Positions 8,188 to 17,590 of a stretch of DNA of 64,000 nucleotides are shown here, in pieces. Position 1 is the stretch's first letter; each line of letters opens with the position of its first letter. Below the pieces are notes generated by a model that saw only the letters and a program-made list of their open reading frames with translations, was not told where the DNA came from and did no database searches. A program made the translations under genes and the position numbers. This stretch comes from a virus (Duplodnaviria > Caudoviricetes), in the IMG/VR virus record IMGVR_UViG_3300044259_000036, positions 1 through 64,000 of that record; one strand, 5' to 3'.

Positions 8188-9651
8188 ATGGCCACGCCAA
8201 AGACCCCAGGCAGCACAGGATCGCGGTACCGGAATGCCGGTCCCAAGGTCATCATGCCGTCCAGGAATCTGGCGGGTAAGGTGCGCTCGAAGCGCCCAGG
8301 TTCAGATCAGGCCAAAGACACCACCATCACCAACACGCTGACCAGGTTCGCGGCCAATGCGGTCGAGAACGTAGCGAAGCGGACCGACGTCAACGAGATC
8401 ATCCGCGTGATGATCCGCGAGGACGGTCTGTTCAGCTCGGCGGCCAACTCGATGTGTGCTCTGTCTGCCGGTGCGGGTTACCGCATCGCCGGCTACGACG
8501 CCGCCGGCGCCATGAGCTTGGAAGTGATGGCCCTCGCCTACTCGATCATGGACGGCTTCGACGTCGACCACGATTACAGCAAGGGCTTCAACGACAAGCC
8601 GGGCGTGGACACGCTTCTGGCCACCATGCAGATGGACGTCATTTGCACGGGCGGCTGCGGTGTTGAGCTGGTACTGGACCCTGCCTTCGGGCCGGAGCGC
8701 CTGGTGCCTATCGGCTACTCCACCATCGAGTGGAACGCCGACGGCAAGGGCGGCCGGTACCCGTCGCAAGACGGCGGCAAGATCGACCTGAACCTGCCGA
8801 CCATTTTCGTGGCCGAGCACAACCGCAACGCGGACGAGGCCTACGCCGTGTCGCTGCTGCGGCCAGGCCTGACCCACACCATCAACTTCAACGGCTTCCT
8901 CGAAGACATGCACCGGGCGCTGAACCGCACCGGTCACAGCCGTCTGATCGCGACCATCTTGGCCGACAAGATCAAGGCAGCTGCGACCGACGAGGTGAAG
9001 GCAGATCCGGTGAAGATGGGCCAGCTGTACGACCAGGTGCGCACTGAGGTGATGGAAGCGTTGGCCGGTTTGGAGCCGGAAGACTCCGTCGTCACCTACG
9101 ACTCGGTCGAGTACGACATCAAGGACACCGGCGGCAACAAGGCCGACTACTCCGAGATGCTGACCACACTGGGCAACCTACTCGGCGTATCGCTGAAAAC
9201 CCCGGCATCCGTGTCGGGGCTGCGCGCCGGTGGTAGCCAAGCCCTGTCGAACGCCGAAACGCTTATCTACCTGCAGGTCACGCAAGGAACGCGGCCTCCG
9301 GTGGAAGAAGTGATGTCGCGCGCGCTGACCCTGGCCTGCCGGCTGAACGGCATCGACGGCTATGTGACCTTCGAGTTCCTGTCGATCGACCTGCGTCCGC
9401 AGGCTGAGCTGGAGGCGTACTACGGTACCCGCCTCAAGCGCATCCTCGAGCAGCTGAGCTGGGGGATCATCAACGAGGCACAGGCGTGCTGGGAACTGGG
9501 CCTGCGGCCACAGGGCTTGAACGCCGTCCTCGCTGGCACCCAGTTCTACGCCAAGAACGCATCAGCTGCACCTGATCCCGCGGAAGGGGATCGGACAACT
9601 TCAGCAGGAAAAGCGCTGAATCCGAGCACGCCGGCACAGTCCGGCAGCTAG
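8188..9651 (+). CDS. portal protein
   Basis: 487 aa, between terminase and protease. Confidence 0.8.
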   Translation: MATPKTPGSTGSRYRNAGPKVIMPSRNLAGKVRSKRPGSDQAKDTTITNTLTRFAANAVENVAKRTDVNEIIRVMIREDGLFSSAANSMCALSAGAGYRIAGYDAAGAMSLEVMALAYSIMDGFDVDHDYSKGFNDKPGVDTLLATMQMDVICTGGCGVELVLDPAFGPERLVPIGYSTIEWNADGKGGRYPSQDGGKIDLNLPTIFVAEHNRNADEAYAVSLLRPGLTHTINFNGFLEDMHRALNRTGHSRLIATILADKIKAAATDEVKADPVKMGQLYDQVRTEVMEALAGLEPEDSVVTYDSVEYDIKDTGGNKADYSEMLTTLGNLLGVSLKTPASVSGLRAGGSQALSNAETLIYLQVTQGTRPPVEEVMSRALTLACRLNGIDGYVTFEFLSIDLRPQAELEAYYGTRLKRILEQLSWGIINEAQACWELGLRPQGLNAVLAGTQFYAKNASAAPDPAEGDRTTSAGKALNPSTPAQSGS

Positions 9652-9693
9652 TAACGCCGGCAACACCGGCCACAACCAGAAAGGAGTCTGGAC

Positions 9694-11151
9694 GTGGAAG
9701 CGATCATCTGGCTGGGCTCCCAGTCTGCCCTCGACGTGCTCAAGAGCTTCGAGGTCAAGTATCAGTACGACCCCGAGGCCAGCGCCCGTGGTCGTTACGA
9801 CGACGACTACGAAGACAGCACTGACCCTGTCTACGGCGTACAGACCTCCCGCATCGGCCTGACCGTGCTGGAGCGCGTGCGCGGCACCAACGTACTCAAG
9901 GTGCATGGCTCGCTGACCCCGTCCTTCCAACGCTGGCATGCCTGGTTCCCAGGCTTCGTCACCAGCTACGACGCCATCAAGGACGCCCTGGCCATCCTGC
10001 AGGAAGCAGGTGAAACCAAGGTCCTGATGGACTTCGCAACGGGCGGCGGCGCCGTGCGTGGCCTGGACACTGTCACCACCGCCATGTCCCGTGCACGCCA
10101 GAACGGCCTGCGCATCGACGGTCACACCGACAACAGCGCGTTCTCCGCCGGCTACTGGCTCATGGCGGGCTGCCAGACGCTGACTGCCAGCCGGATGGCT
10201 GAGGTCGGCTCGATCGGCACGCTGATGGTCCTGTCCACCTATGCCAACACCGAGGAGACCTTCGGGGTCACCTTCACCGTGCTCAAGGAAGGCAAGTTCA
10301 AGGCCGTAGGCAACCCCTACGAGAGCATGAGTGAAAGCGACAAGGCGTACCTGCAAAAGAGCCTCCGGGAGACCAACCAGTTCTTCCTGGAGCATGTGTC
10401 CAGCAATCGTAGCCTGTCCCTGGAGGACACCGATCGCTGGGCTGAAGGACAGACCTTCTACGCGGCCAAGGCCGTGAAGTTGGGCTTGATCGACCGGGTA
10501 ACCACTCTGGACGATCTTCTTGGAAGCGGCCCGTCCGCACACAACCCTGGCGAAAAAAGGAATTTTGGCATGGTTATCTCCGCCGAAAAACTCGCTCAGA
10601 TCGAGGCGGGCGCAGCACCAGAAAGCGTCCTCACCGCCGAAGAACTGAAGCACTACAACGAAACCCTGGCCGCCGAAGCAGCGACCGCAGAAGAAGCGGC
10701 AGCCGCCGCAGCCACTGCCGAAGCTGAAGCCGCCGCTGCCACTCCGAAAGACGACAACGACCCGGCCGCCGCGCCAGTCGCGTCTGCAGGTGACACCGAT
10801 GCGCTGCACAAGGCGCTGAAGGAAAACGGCAAGCTGGAAGCCAAGGTCGAGGACCTGCAGGGTCAGATCGAAAAGCTCCAGGCCGACCTGACCGCCGTCA
10901 AGGCTGAAGGCTCCGCCCTGCTCGTCGTGGCCCAGGCTGCCGTCGAGAAGCTGCAGAACGCCACCAAGAGCCCCAAGGAAACCAAGTCCACTGCTACCGA
11001 GGTCATCGGTCAGTACAACGACCTCCAGGCCAAGATGGCGACCATGTTCAAAACCGGCCAGCAGAGCAACCCTGCCCCGGTGGCGGACAACACCCAAGAG
11101 CAGCAGGCGAACTTCCGCCAGAAAGCTCAGCAACAAAACCAAGGCCGCTAA
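9694..11151 (+). CDS. S49 prohead protease with C-terminal scaffold
   Basis: DFATGGG, AFSAGYWL, EVGSIG S49 motifs; Ala/Glu-rich coiled C-terminus; GTG start. Confidence 0.88.
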   Translation: MEAIIWLGSQSALDVLKSFEVKYQYDPEASARGRYDDDYEDSTDPVYGVQTSRIGLTVLERVRGTNVLKVHGSLTPSFQRWHAWFPGFVTSYDAIKDALAILQEAGETKVLMDFATGGGAVRGLDTVTTAMSRARQNGLRIDGHTDNSAFSAGYWLMAGCQTLTASRMAEVGSIGTLMVLSTYANTEETFGVTFTVLKEGKFKAVGNPYESMSESDKAYLQKSLRETNQFFLEHVSSNRSLSLEDTDRWAEGQTFYAAKAVKLGLIDRVTTLDDLLGSGPSAHNPGEKRNFGMVISAEKLAQIEAGAAPESVLTAEELKHYNETLAAEAATAEEAAAAAATAEAEAAAATPKDDNDPAAAPVASAGDTDALHKALKENGKLEAKVEDLQGQIEKLQADLTAVKAEGSALLVVAQAAVEKLQNATKSPKETKSTATEVIGQYNDLQAKMATMFKTGQQSNPAPVADNTQEQQANFRQKAQQQNQGR

Positions 11152-11163
11152 GGGAGTAGTGCC

Positions 11164-11616
11164 ATGACTCAGAAGTTTGATTTCAACCTGCTGACCCACA
11201 GCCCGGAGCGGATGAACGTCATCTCCGTGAAGCTGGGTCCGAACCCTGCCACGCCGTACAGCGATCAGGACAAGAAGAAGGCGGTGAAGCTGCAGGCCAA
11301 GGGCATCGCAGTCCTGTGCGAAGACGGCGACGAGCTGGAAGGCTTCATCGACTCCGTCGAATCGTGGACCGTGGAAGGCCACAGCTGGGGCGGCGCCGCG
11401 CGCGGCAACGTCGGCTTCCGTGTCGAGGCCCAGGTGGCTGCCGGCGTAGCCACCCCGCTGGTGTTCGGTGACCTGGTAGTCGCCGCTGCCCAGCTGCCAG
11501 TCGGCACCAAGGGCCTGGCCCAGGTGAAGAAAGGCACCCCGGCCCTGCACAAGTACCGCGTCCTGCGCCTGAACACCGGCGCTGCAGGCGACATCGTTCT
11601 GCTGGAGAAAGTCTAA
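11164..11616 (+). CDS. head decoration/cement protein
   Basis: 150-aa beta-rich ORF between scaffold and capsid genes. Confidence 0.7.
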   Translation: MTQKFDFNLLTHSPERMNVISVKLGPNPATPYSDQDKKKAVKLQAKGIAVLCEDGDELEGFIDSVESWTVEGHSWGGAARGNVGFRVEAQVAAGVATPLVFGDLVVAAAQLPVGTKGLAQVKKGTPALHKYRVLRLNTGAAGDIVLLEKV

Positions 11617-11660
11617 GGCCTCGGCCTTAGACCCCTCCCACACAGTCAAGGAATGACGAC

Positions 11661-12836
11661 ATGTTTAAGCTGAAATACACCGCGAACGTGGACGGCAAGC
11701 AGGTCCAGAAAGAGAAAGAGTTCGGTGTCGAGGTTTACCGCCACGCCGCCGAAGCCGGTATGGACCTGCGCCAATACCTGCGTACCCAGTGCGCTGACTG
11801 GGACGTGACCGCTGGCGACCCGATCGACCAGATGATGACCAACGCCGGCATGATGGATGCCGCCCACCGCGTTGGCCCGGCACTGACCATGGCCCAGATG
11901 GCCGGCATGACCACTGCTGAAGGCTTCCGTCGCCCTGACGGTTCCGACAACAGCCTGGGCGCCCGCCTGCTGTACCCCCAGCTGATCCTGGAAACCCTGA
12001 ACGCCAACGCCTTGCGCGATGACGGTTCGGACATCCTGCAGATCTGGGAAAGCTCGATCGCCCTGACCCGCAACGTCAACGGCAACAAGGTTGAGCAGCC
12101 GATCATCGACACCTCGGCGCCGGAAGGCAGCCGCAGCGGTCGCATCGCTCAGCTGGCTGAGCCTGAGACCATGATCTCCATCACCACTGGCGATCAGTCG
12201 TTCCGCATCCCGACCAACTCGATTGGTCTCTTGATCGCGAACGACGCCATGGCCGCTACCACCATCGACCTGGTGCGTATCGTCATGGAAGCCCAGTCCC
12301 GTGGCGACAAGATCCGCCGCGTGATGGAGATGTTCAAGTCGATGGTCCAAGGCAACATCGACATGAAACTGGCTCCCCTGCCAGTGACCAAGATCGGTAC
12401 CTTCGACGCGGCCATCACCGCCAACGGCCAGATCACCAAGCGCGCCTACCTGAAGTGGCTGCACTCGGTGCAGGAAGTCTGCAACGTGTCGCGCGTCTTC
12501 ACCGACATCGACACCGCGCTGACCCTGGACGATGCGTTCCTGCCGAAGCAAACCGGTACCGACTCCGCGAAGATCTCCGGTTCGTGGGGCGGCGTGAACC
12601 TGGGCATCACCCAGCCGAACATCGTTCCGCTGAAGCCTGATGTCTTCGGTGCCTCGCTGCTGGTCGGTATGGACCCACGCTACGCGATCCAGCGCTTCGT
12701 GAACATCACCGCTGCCTACGAGGCGATCGAAGAGTACGTGATGCGTAAAGCCACCGGCTTCCGTGTTGACTACGGCGAGTCGGCAACCCGTCTGCACGAC
12801 GAAGCCTGGTCGGTCGTCAGCCTGGAAAAGGCGTAA
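11661..12836 (+). CDS. major capsid protein
   Basis: 391 aa, position, strong codon bias, terminator downstream. Confidence 0.85.
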   Translation: MFKLKYTANVDGKQVQKEKEFGVEVYRHAAEAGMDLRQYLRTQCADWDVTAGDPIDQMMTNAGMMDAAHRVGPALTMAQMAGMTTAEGFRRPDGSDNSLGARLLYPQLILETLNANALRDDGSDILQIWESSIALTRNVNGNKVEQPIIDTSAPEGSRSGRIAQLAEPETMISITTGDQSFRIPTNSIGLLIANDAMAATTIDLVRIVMEAQSRGDKIRRVMEMFKSMVQGNIDMKLAPLPVTKIGTFDAAITANGQITKRAYLKWLHSVQEVCNVSRVFTDIDTALTLDDAFLPKQTGTDSAKISGSWGGVNLGITQPNIVPLKPDVFGASLLVGMDPRYAIQRFVNITAAYEAIEEYVMRKATGFRVDYGESATRLHDEAWSVVSLEKA

Positions 12837-12847
12837 GACCGTGATGA

Positions 12848-12870
12848 TGGGGCGCTCCGGCGCCCCATTT
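12848..12870 (+). terminator. Rho-independent terminator
   Basis: TGGGGCGC-TCCG-GCGCCCCA-TTT. Confidence 0.6.
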
Positions 12871-12892
12871 GCGAATTGGTAGGAGACCTCCA

Positions 12893-13306
12893 ATGGCACT
12901 GAAGAAACCTGACGCAGCTGAGAAGGCTGCCGCAGCAGCACCGGCCGAGACCCCGGTCAAAGAATCCCCCGCAGCAGCTCCGGCTGCCGCTGAACCTGCT
13001 CCAGCCGCAGCTCCTGCAGCTGAGCCGGCGCCTGCCCCCGCTGAACCAGCTCCGGCCGCACCTGCTGCCGCCGCAGCTGAAGAAGCCAAGGCACCTGTAG
13101 ATCCGACCGCCAACACCGGTCCTGACGCAGTCCTGCGTATGGCCGACAGCGAAGGCGAGCTGGTCACTGTGACCAACCTGCGCAAAACCTCGTTCCGTCA
13201 GCACTCGTCCACCCTGTGGATCGACGGCAGCGAGACCAAAAAGATGGTGAACGACGGCTGGCTGCAGAACCAGGTAGCCGCTCGCCTGTTCTCCTTCGAC
13301 GAATAA
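12893..13306 (+). CDS. Ala/Pro-rich hypothetical virion-associated protein
   Basis: ATG 12893 with AGGAG RBS; AAEPAP repeats. Confidence 0.7.
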   Translation: MALKKPDAAEKAAAAAPAETPVKESPAAAPAAAEPAPAAAPAAEPAPAPAEPAPAAPAAAAAEEAKAPVDPTANTGPDAVLRMADSEGELVTVTNLRKTSFRQHSSTLWIDGSETKKMVNDGWLQNQVAARLFSFDE

Positions 13307-13318
13307 GGCGCCGCCCCG

Positions 13319-13774
13319 ATGCCATATCTGGACCTGACCAGCACTGCACAGATCCGCGCTGTCCTCACCGTCAGCGAAACGGACCTGCCCGACGAAGTCA
13401 TCGACGGCTACGGCCTCGAGGACGACCTGGGCAACTTCCTGGACAAGCAGCTGCCTGTCTGGCCCCAGCTATTGGCTGACAACGGGGCGAACGCCCGCCG
13501 CCTGCGAATGGCGGCAAAGTATTACTGCGCTGGCACGATTGCCAGGATGGCTCAGATCTTTGTCCTGAAGAAGGACACCGATGGATCGAACGAGGGCCAG
13601 CGCAGTGATAAGGACGGCTGGGCGTGGGTTTCCGCGTCCCTTCTGGGGCAGGCAGATGGCTGCATCACTGAGATCAAGGATGATCTCAAGCTGTCCCCAG
13701 AGGTTGCCATGCCGTTCACCGTGGTGAGCCGCGGCACACCGGACCGCGACCCGATCACCACGCCGAGGTCGTGA
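13319..13774 (+). CDS. head-tail adaptor
   Basis: 151 aa, helical, position. Confidence 0.6.
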   Translation: MPYLDLTSTAQIRAVLTVSETDLPDEVIDGYGLEDDLGNFLDKQLPVWPQLLADNGANARRLRMAAKYYCAGTIARMAQIFVLKKDTDGSNEGQRSDKDGWAWVSASLLGQADGCITEIKDDLKLSPEVAMPFTVVSRGTPDRDPITTPRS

Positions 13775-13775
13775 C

Positions 13776-14693
13776 ATGCACCTCAAGAGAATCGCGCTAA
13801 AACACGCGAACGAACCCATGGAGGCCTGGGATCTGGCAACAGAGACCTGGGTACCGAACGCCCTTCTGGCGCGCATCGACCTGACCGATCGGTTCCTGAG
13901 CAACTTCAACCGCCCCACCCGGATGCGGATGATGTTTCACGCCGACGACGCGGTCCTGCCGCCGAGCATGACTGTTCGCCACCCTGGCACGCTGGACGTC
14001 TACATGCTCGGCACCACCCGGAAGGATGCGCGCAAAGGCCAGCCCTACGTCGGGCTGACCCTCTGCCGCCTGGCTACCGACGTACCAGGTGGCACCGCCG
14101 GCTACGCCACGATCACCCGCAAGGCGCCGCAAGGCCCGGCGAGTGACCCGGGCTGGCTGGTGGAAACCCTGTTCGCCAAGTCGTGGATGGACACCGAGTT
14201 CCTGAGCAGTGCCGACGAGGTTGGTGCGACAGACCTGCGCATCGAGCGCTACAACGCATTCCTGCCGCTGGCTGTCCAGCCGCAGGAATGGGACTTCGTG
14301 ACCATGCACGGTGTGAAGTACCGGGTGATCGACACCTTCGCCGACTCAGGCCTGTTCGCGCTGCGCCTGGACCATGAAGCGGACCTGCGTCGGGACTTCG
14401 TCCTGACTGTGGCCGGCACCCGCACCATGGACCACGGTACCCACGAATACGTGGTCACGCCGGAGCAGAGCTACAACGTCACGGGCGTCATCGAGAGCGA
14501 GGGCGACGTGGCCATTTGGGCCAAGGACACCAACGAGGTGATCACCGTCTACTTCGACGCTGACCACTTCCCAAGCGGCGTACCAGCGCTGACCGGGCGT
14601 GACATGTGGTTGACCATCGACGGTAAGCGTCGCACGGTCAAGCAGATGCAGACCCAGTCCGGCCGCCGGCAGTACCAGCTGAGGTGCCTGTGA
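13776..14693 (+). CDS. neck/head-closure protein
   Basis: 305 aa, beta-rich, position. Confidence 0.6.
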   Translation: MHLKRIALKHANEPMEAWDLATETWVPNALLARIDLTDRFLSNFNRPTRMRMMFHADDAVLPPSMTVRHPGTLDVYMLGTTRKDARKGQPYVGLTLCRLATDVPGGTAGYATITRKAPQGPASDPGWLVETLFAKSWMDTEFLSSADEVGATDLRIERYNAFLPLAVQPQEWDFVTMHGVKYRVIDTFADSGLFALRLDHEADLRRDFVLTVAGTRTMDHGTHEYVVTPEQSYNVTGVIESEGDVAIWAKDTNEVITVYFDADHFPSGVPALTGRDMWLTIDGKRRTVKQMQTQSGRRQYQLRCL

Positions 14694-15226
14694 TGGGCAA
14701 GTTCGCCGCCGAGGCCATGCGCTTCCAGGTCGACCTGCATGAGCTGTTCAACCGGGCGATCCGCCAGGCCTTGATGGCCGGGCTGACCGCTGCGGTCAAC
14801 AAGACCAAGCAGGACTCCTCGAACGCCGCTGCGCACTGGACCATCAAGGTCCGAGGCCAGCAGCGTTCGGGCGGACGTGCCTGGTCCCGCCTGCGGGACC
14901 TGCGGGAGACCCGCACCGGCGGCAAGAAGTCACCTGGCGTCGGCCGGCGCCGGGACGCCGGCAAGAACAGACAGGCAGTCCTCACCCTGGTGCGGGACCG
15001 CGAGCTGCGCGACGTGGTGAACAAGTTCGTCTCAGGCCGTAGCCCGTCGACGATCTTCTCGTTCTTCAACCCGATCGAGGAAGGGTCGGACTACTGGGAT
15101 TTCATCGAGACCAGTGACCTGCCAGGGCTGACCTTGAGCGAGGCTGGCCAGCTGGCTGTCGAGCGTGTGCAGGACATCCTGGCCAAGCGGATCGCGGCCG
15201 GGCAGACAAGGAAGCGTCGCCTATGA
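14693..15226 (+). CDS. neck/tail completion protein
   Basis: basic protein with TKQDSSNAAAHW motif; position. Confidence 0.55.
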   Translation: MGKFAAEAMRFQVDLHELFNRAIRQALMAGLTAAVNKTKQDSSNAAAHWTIKVRGQQRSGGRAWSRLRDLRETRTGGKKSPGVGRRRDAGKNRQAVLTLVRDRELRDVVNKFVSGRSPSTIFSFFNPIEEGSDYWDFIETSDLPGLTLSEAGQLAVERVQDILAKRIAAGQTRKRRL

Positions 15227-15663
15227 ATGCGCCTGACTCGATGGTGGCAGCGGAGAAGCTGTTCAGGGACTTTGTCTTCACAAAGGTCTCGAACAACATG
15301 CTGTATGCCTTTGATTTTGATGAAGGAACCGATGTAAGTTTGAACAACGCCGGGGCACTGCTGGAGCAGGACGCAGACTTCTGGCTGTTTGAATGGCACA
15401 TCGAGGACTCTGGCCGGGCTGGCCCAGGACGGGACAGCCCACGCCGGTATTGGGGAGCCTTGGACCTGTCGGTGCTCACGAAAGGGCCGCGGGACAAGGT
15501 GAAGTTCACAGGGCTGTTGGAGCAGGTTGCCAACTGGTTCCAGGACGAGACGGTCAGCGGCATCAGGTTCCGTACCTTCGTGCCCACCCCAGCCGCGCCC
15601 CTAAAGGGGTTCACCTCCTATTCCGGGGTGATCAACTTTGACTTTGAAACCCCAGCGAGGTGA
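15223..15663 (+). CDS. tail terminator protein
   Basis: 146 aa directly before the tail tube gene. Confidence 0.6.
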   Translation: MNAPDSMVAAEKLFRDFVFTKVSNNMLYAFDFDEGTDVSLNNAGALLEQDADFWLFEWHIEDSGRAGPGRDSPRRYWGALDLSVLTKGPRDKVKFTGLLEQVANWFQDETVSGIRFRTFVPTPAAPLKGFTSYSGVINFDFETPAR

Positions 15664-15672
15664 TGGATCACT

Positions 15673-16713
15673 ATGGCTAAAATCAAGACTTTCAATGACT
15701 CGTCCTCGGTGACGGTGGCCTACGCCATCACGGACTCCGCGGACAAGGCGACCGTCGAGGCTGCCAAGCCTGCGATGAAACTGGTGCCGTTCACCAAGGA
15801 AGCCTTCCAGATGCAGAAAGAGGCCAAAACCTCTGAAGCCATCCGGGGCGACCGCCGCACCTCCGGCTCGAAGAACACCAAGGGCAGCGCGAACGGTGGT
15901 GTGACCGTGGAATTCGGAGCCGTGGGCTTCGTGCTCGATCTGCTGCAGGTGGCCATGCTGAGCACCTGGAAAGACATCGACGCAGGCAACCCAGCGGCGG
16001 GCAAGTACATCACCGATGACCAGCTCATTCAGTACCTGCTGGTCGAGAAGACCACCCGTCAGGGCGCCCTGGCTACCGACAAGCAGGACCACGAATGGTA
16101 CTTCGGTACCGTGATCAACGACCTCAGCATGAAGTTCGCTGACGGTGAGCTGATCACCCTGGAAACCAGCACTATCTCGGCGAACGGTGACTATGCCAGC
16201 GCCGTGATCGGCGCGAACGGACTGGGCGGCTCGCTCGCTTCCGCGAAGGCCAAGCCAATCCAGTACGAGATCGCCGACAGCTCGAACAACCTGGCGACCA
16301 TCGAGATGAAAAGCGGCACCACCGTGATGGAAGTCACCTGGTCGGACGCCACCCTGCAGCTGCAGAACAACGCGCGCGAGCAGTCGGGCCTGTCCCGCCA
16401 GTTCGCGGCCGGTGTGGGGGTGGGCCTGGTAGCCGTAACCTTCTCGGGCGAGATCTACTACGTCGACCAGTCGCTGCTCGATGCCCACATGAAGAACGGG
16501 TTCGTCAGCATCAAGCTGACCATCTCGACTGCTCAGGGCACCTTCACCATCCAGATGCCGAACATGAAGGTTGGCTCGCCAACCAACAACGCGGAAGGCC
16601 AGAACACCGACTACACCACCGCAGTCACCCTGACCGCGGAAGCCGGTGAAGTCGAGATCGGTGCCGCGACCGTGCCTTGCATGATCGCCATCGAGTACGT
16701 ACCTACCCCGTGA
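15673..16713 (+). CDS. major tail tube protein
   Basis: 346 aa; SEAIRGDR motif and beta-rich tube pattern. Confidence 0.85.
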   Translation: MAKIKTFNDSSSVTVAYAITDSADKATVEAAKPAMKLVPFTKEAFQMQKEAKTSEAIRGDRRTSGSKNTKGSANGGVTVEFGAVGFVLDLLQVAMLSTWKDIDAGNPAAGKYITDDQLIQYLLVEKTTRQGALATDKQDHEWYFGTVINDLSMKFADGELITLETSTISANGDYASAVIGANGLGGSLASAKAKPIQYEIADSSNNLATIEMKSGTTVMEVTWSDATLQLQNNAREQSGLSRQFAAGVGVGLVAVTFSGEIYYVDQSLLDAHMKNGFVSIKLTISTAQGTFTIQMPNMKVGSPTNNAEGQNTDYTTAVTLTAEAGEVEIGAATVPCMIAIEYVPTP

Positions 16714-16744
16714 TGCGTGACTGGCGGACTGACTCTTGGTAGAG

Positions 16745-16768
16745 TTAGTCCGCCATCTGCCGCATTAT
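16745..16768. promoter_or_regulatory. palindromic operator, copy 5
   Basis: TTAGTCCG-CCATCTGC-CGCATTAT before the chaperone RBS. Confidence 0.6.
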
Positions 16769-16784
16769 CTCAAGGAAGAAACAA

Positions 16785-17204
16785 ATGCTCGAATTGAATT
16801 CGATTGCCGTCGACCCGCAACTGGCCAAAACCGGTGTATGGGCCAAGTACATGGGCGGTGAGTTCCTGCTGGCCCGCAAAGGCCCTGAGTACCAGGCCCG
16901 CCTAGTCGAGCTGTACAACGCCGACAAGGAACTCATTGAGTCCAAGACCCCGGAAGGTGACGCCAAGTCGCTGGAGATCTTCCAGCAGACCTTCTGCGAA
17001 ACCGTGATTCTGGACTGGAAAGGCATCACCCGTGATGGCGTGAAGCTGGAGTACAGCCCTGAAGAAGCGCTGAAGATCGTCACTGACCCGACCATGTATG
17101 AGCTGGTCACCTTCCTCGAAGGCTTCTCGGTCACCCACACCAACTACCAGGTGAAGGTGGAAGCTGAGGTAGCCGAAGAAGTAAAGGGTACTGCCGCTTC
17201 CTGA
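16785..17204 (+). CDS. tail assembly chaperone (gpG-like)
   Basis: ILDWKGI motif; between tube and tape measure genes. Confidence 0.8.
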   Translation: MLELNSIAVDPQLAKTGVWAKYMGGEFLLARKGPEYQARLVELYNADKELIESKTPEGDAKSLEIFQQTFCETVILDWKGITRDGVKLEYSPEEALKIVTDPTMYELVTFLEGFSVTHTNYQVKVEAEVAEEVKGTAAS

Positions 17205-17575
17205 TCAAATACGGGGAGAAGGGTCTTAGGATGTTCCGGGAGCTGGAGGCGAAGTTCAAAAAGCCCCACCCGCTTCTGGAACAGTTCAAGGAACCCTCCC
17301 CCGTGTATGCTTGGTTACCGGCGGCGTTCTTTGCACTACACCGGCGCCGCCAGTTCCGGGACGAGGGGCGATACCAGCCCCTCACCTATCAGGAAATGGC
17401 CACCTACGCGACTCAGGTGATCAGGCTCGACCCTTCTGTGACCTCCCTGTTTTACAGGGTCATGGAGGAAACGGACAACGCCGTGCTGTATGATCAGATC
17501 GTGAAAGCCAATGACGCCTACCAGGCTGCGAAGGCTGAACAGGAAAGACGCGGAGGCAGGAAGCCACCGCGCTGA
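17183..17575 (+). CDS. gpGT-like frameshifted extension
   Basis: -1 frame open from slippery A AAG GGT (17183-17189) through the ORF at 17231..17575. Confidence 0.7.
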   Translation, partial: KGYCRFLIKYGEKGLRMFRELEAKFKKPHPLLEQFKEPSPVYAWLPAAFFALHRRRQFRDEGRYQPLTYQEMATYATQVIRLDPSVTSLFYRVMEETDNAVLYDQIVKANDAYQAAKAEQERRGGRKPPR

Positions 17576-17590
17576 TCGCAGGGATTGCAC

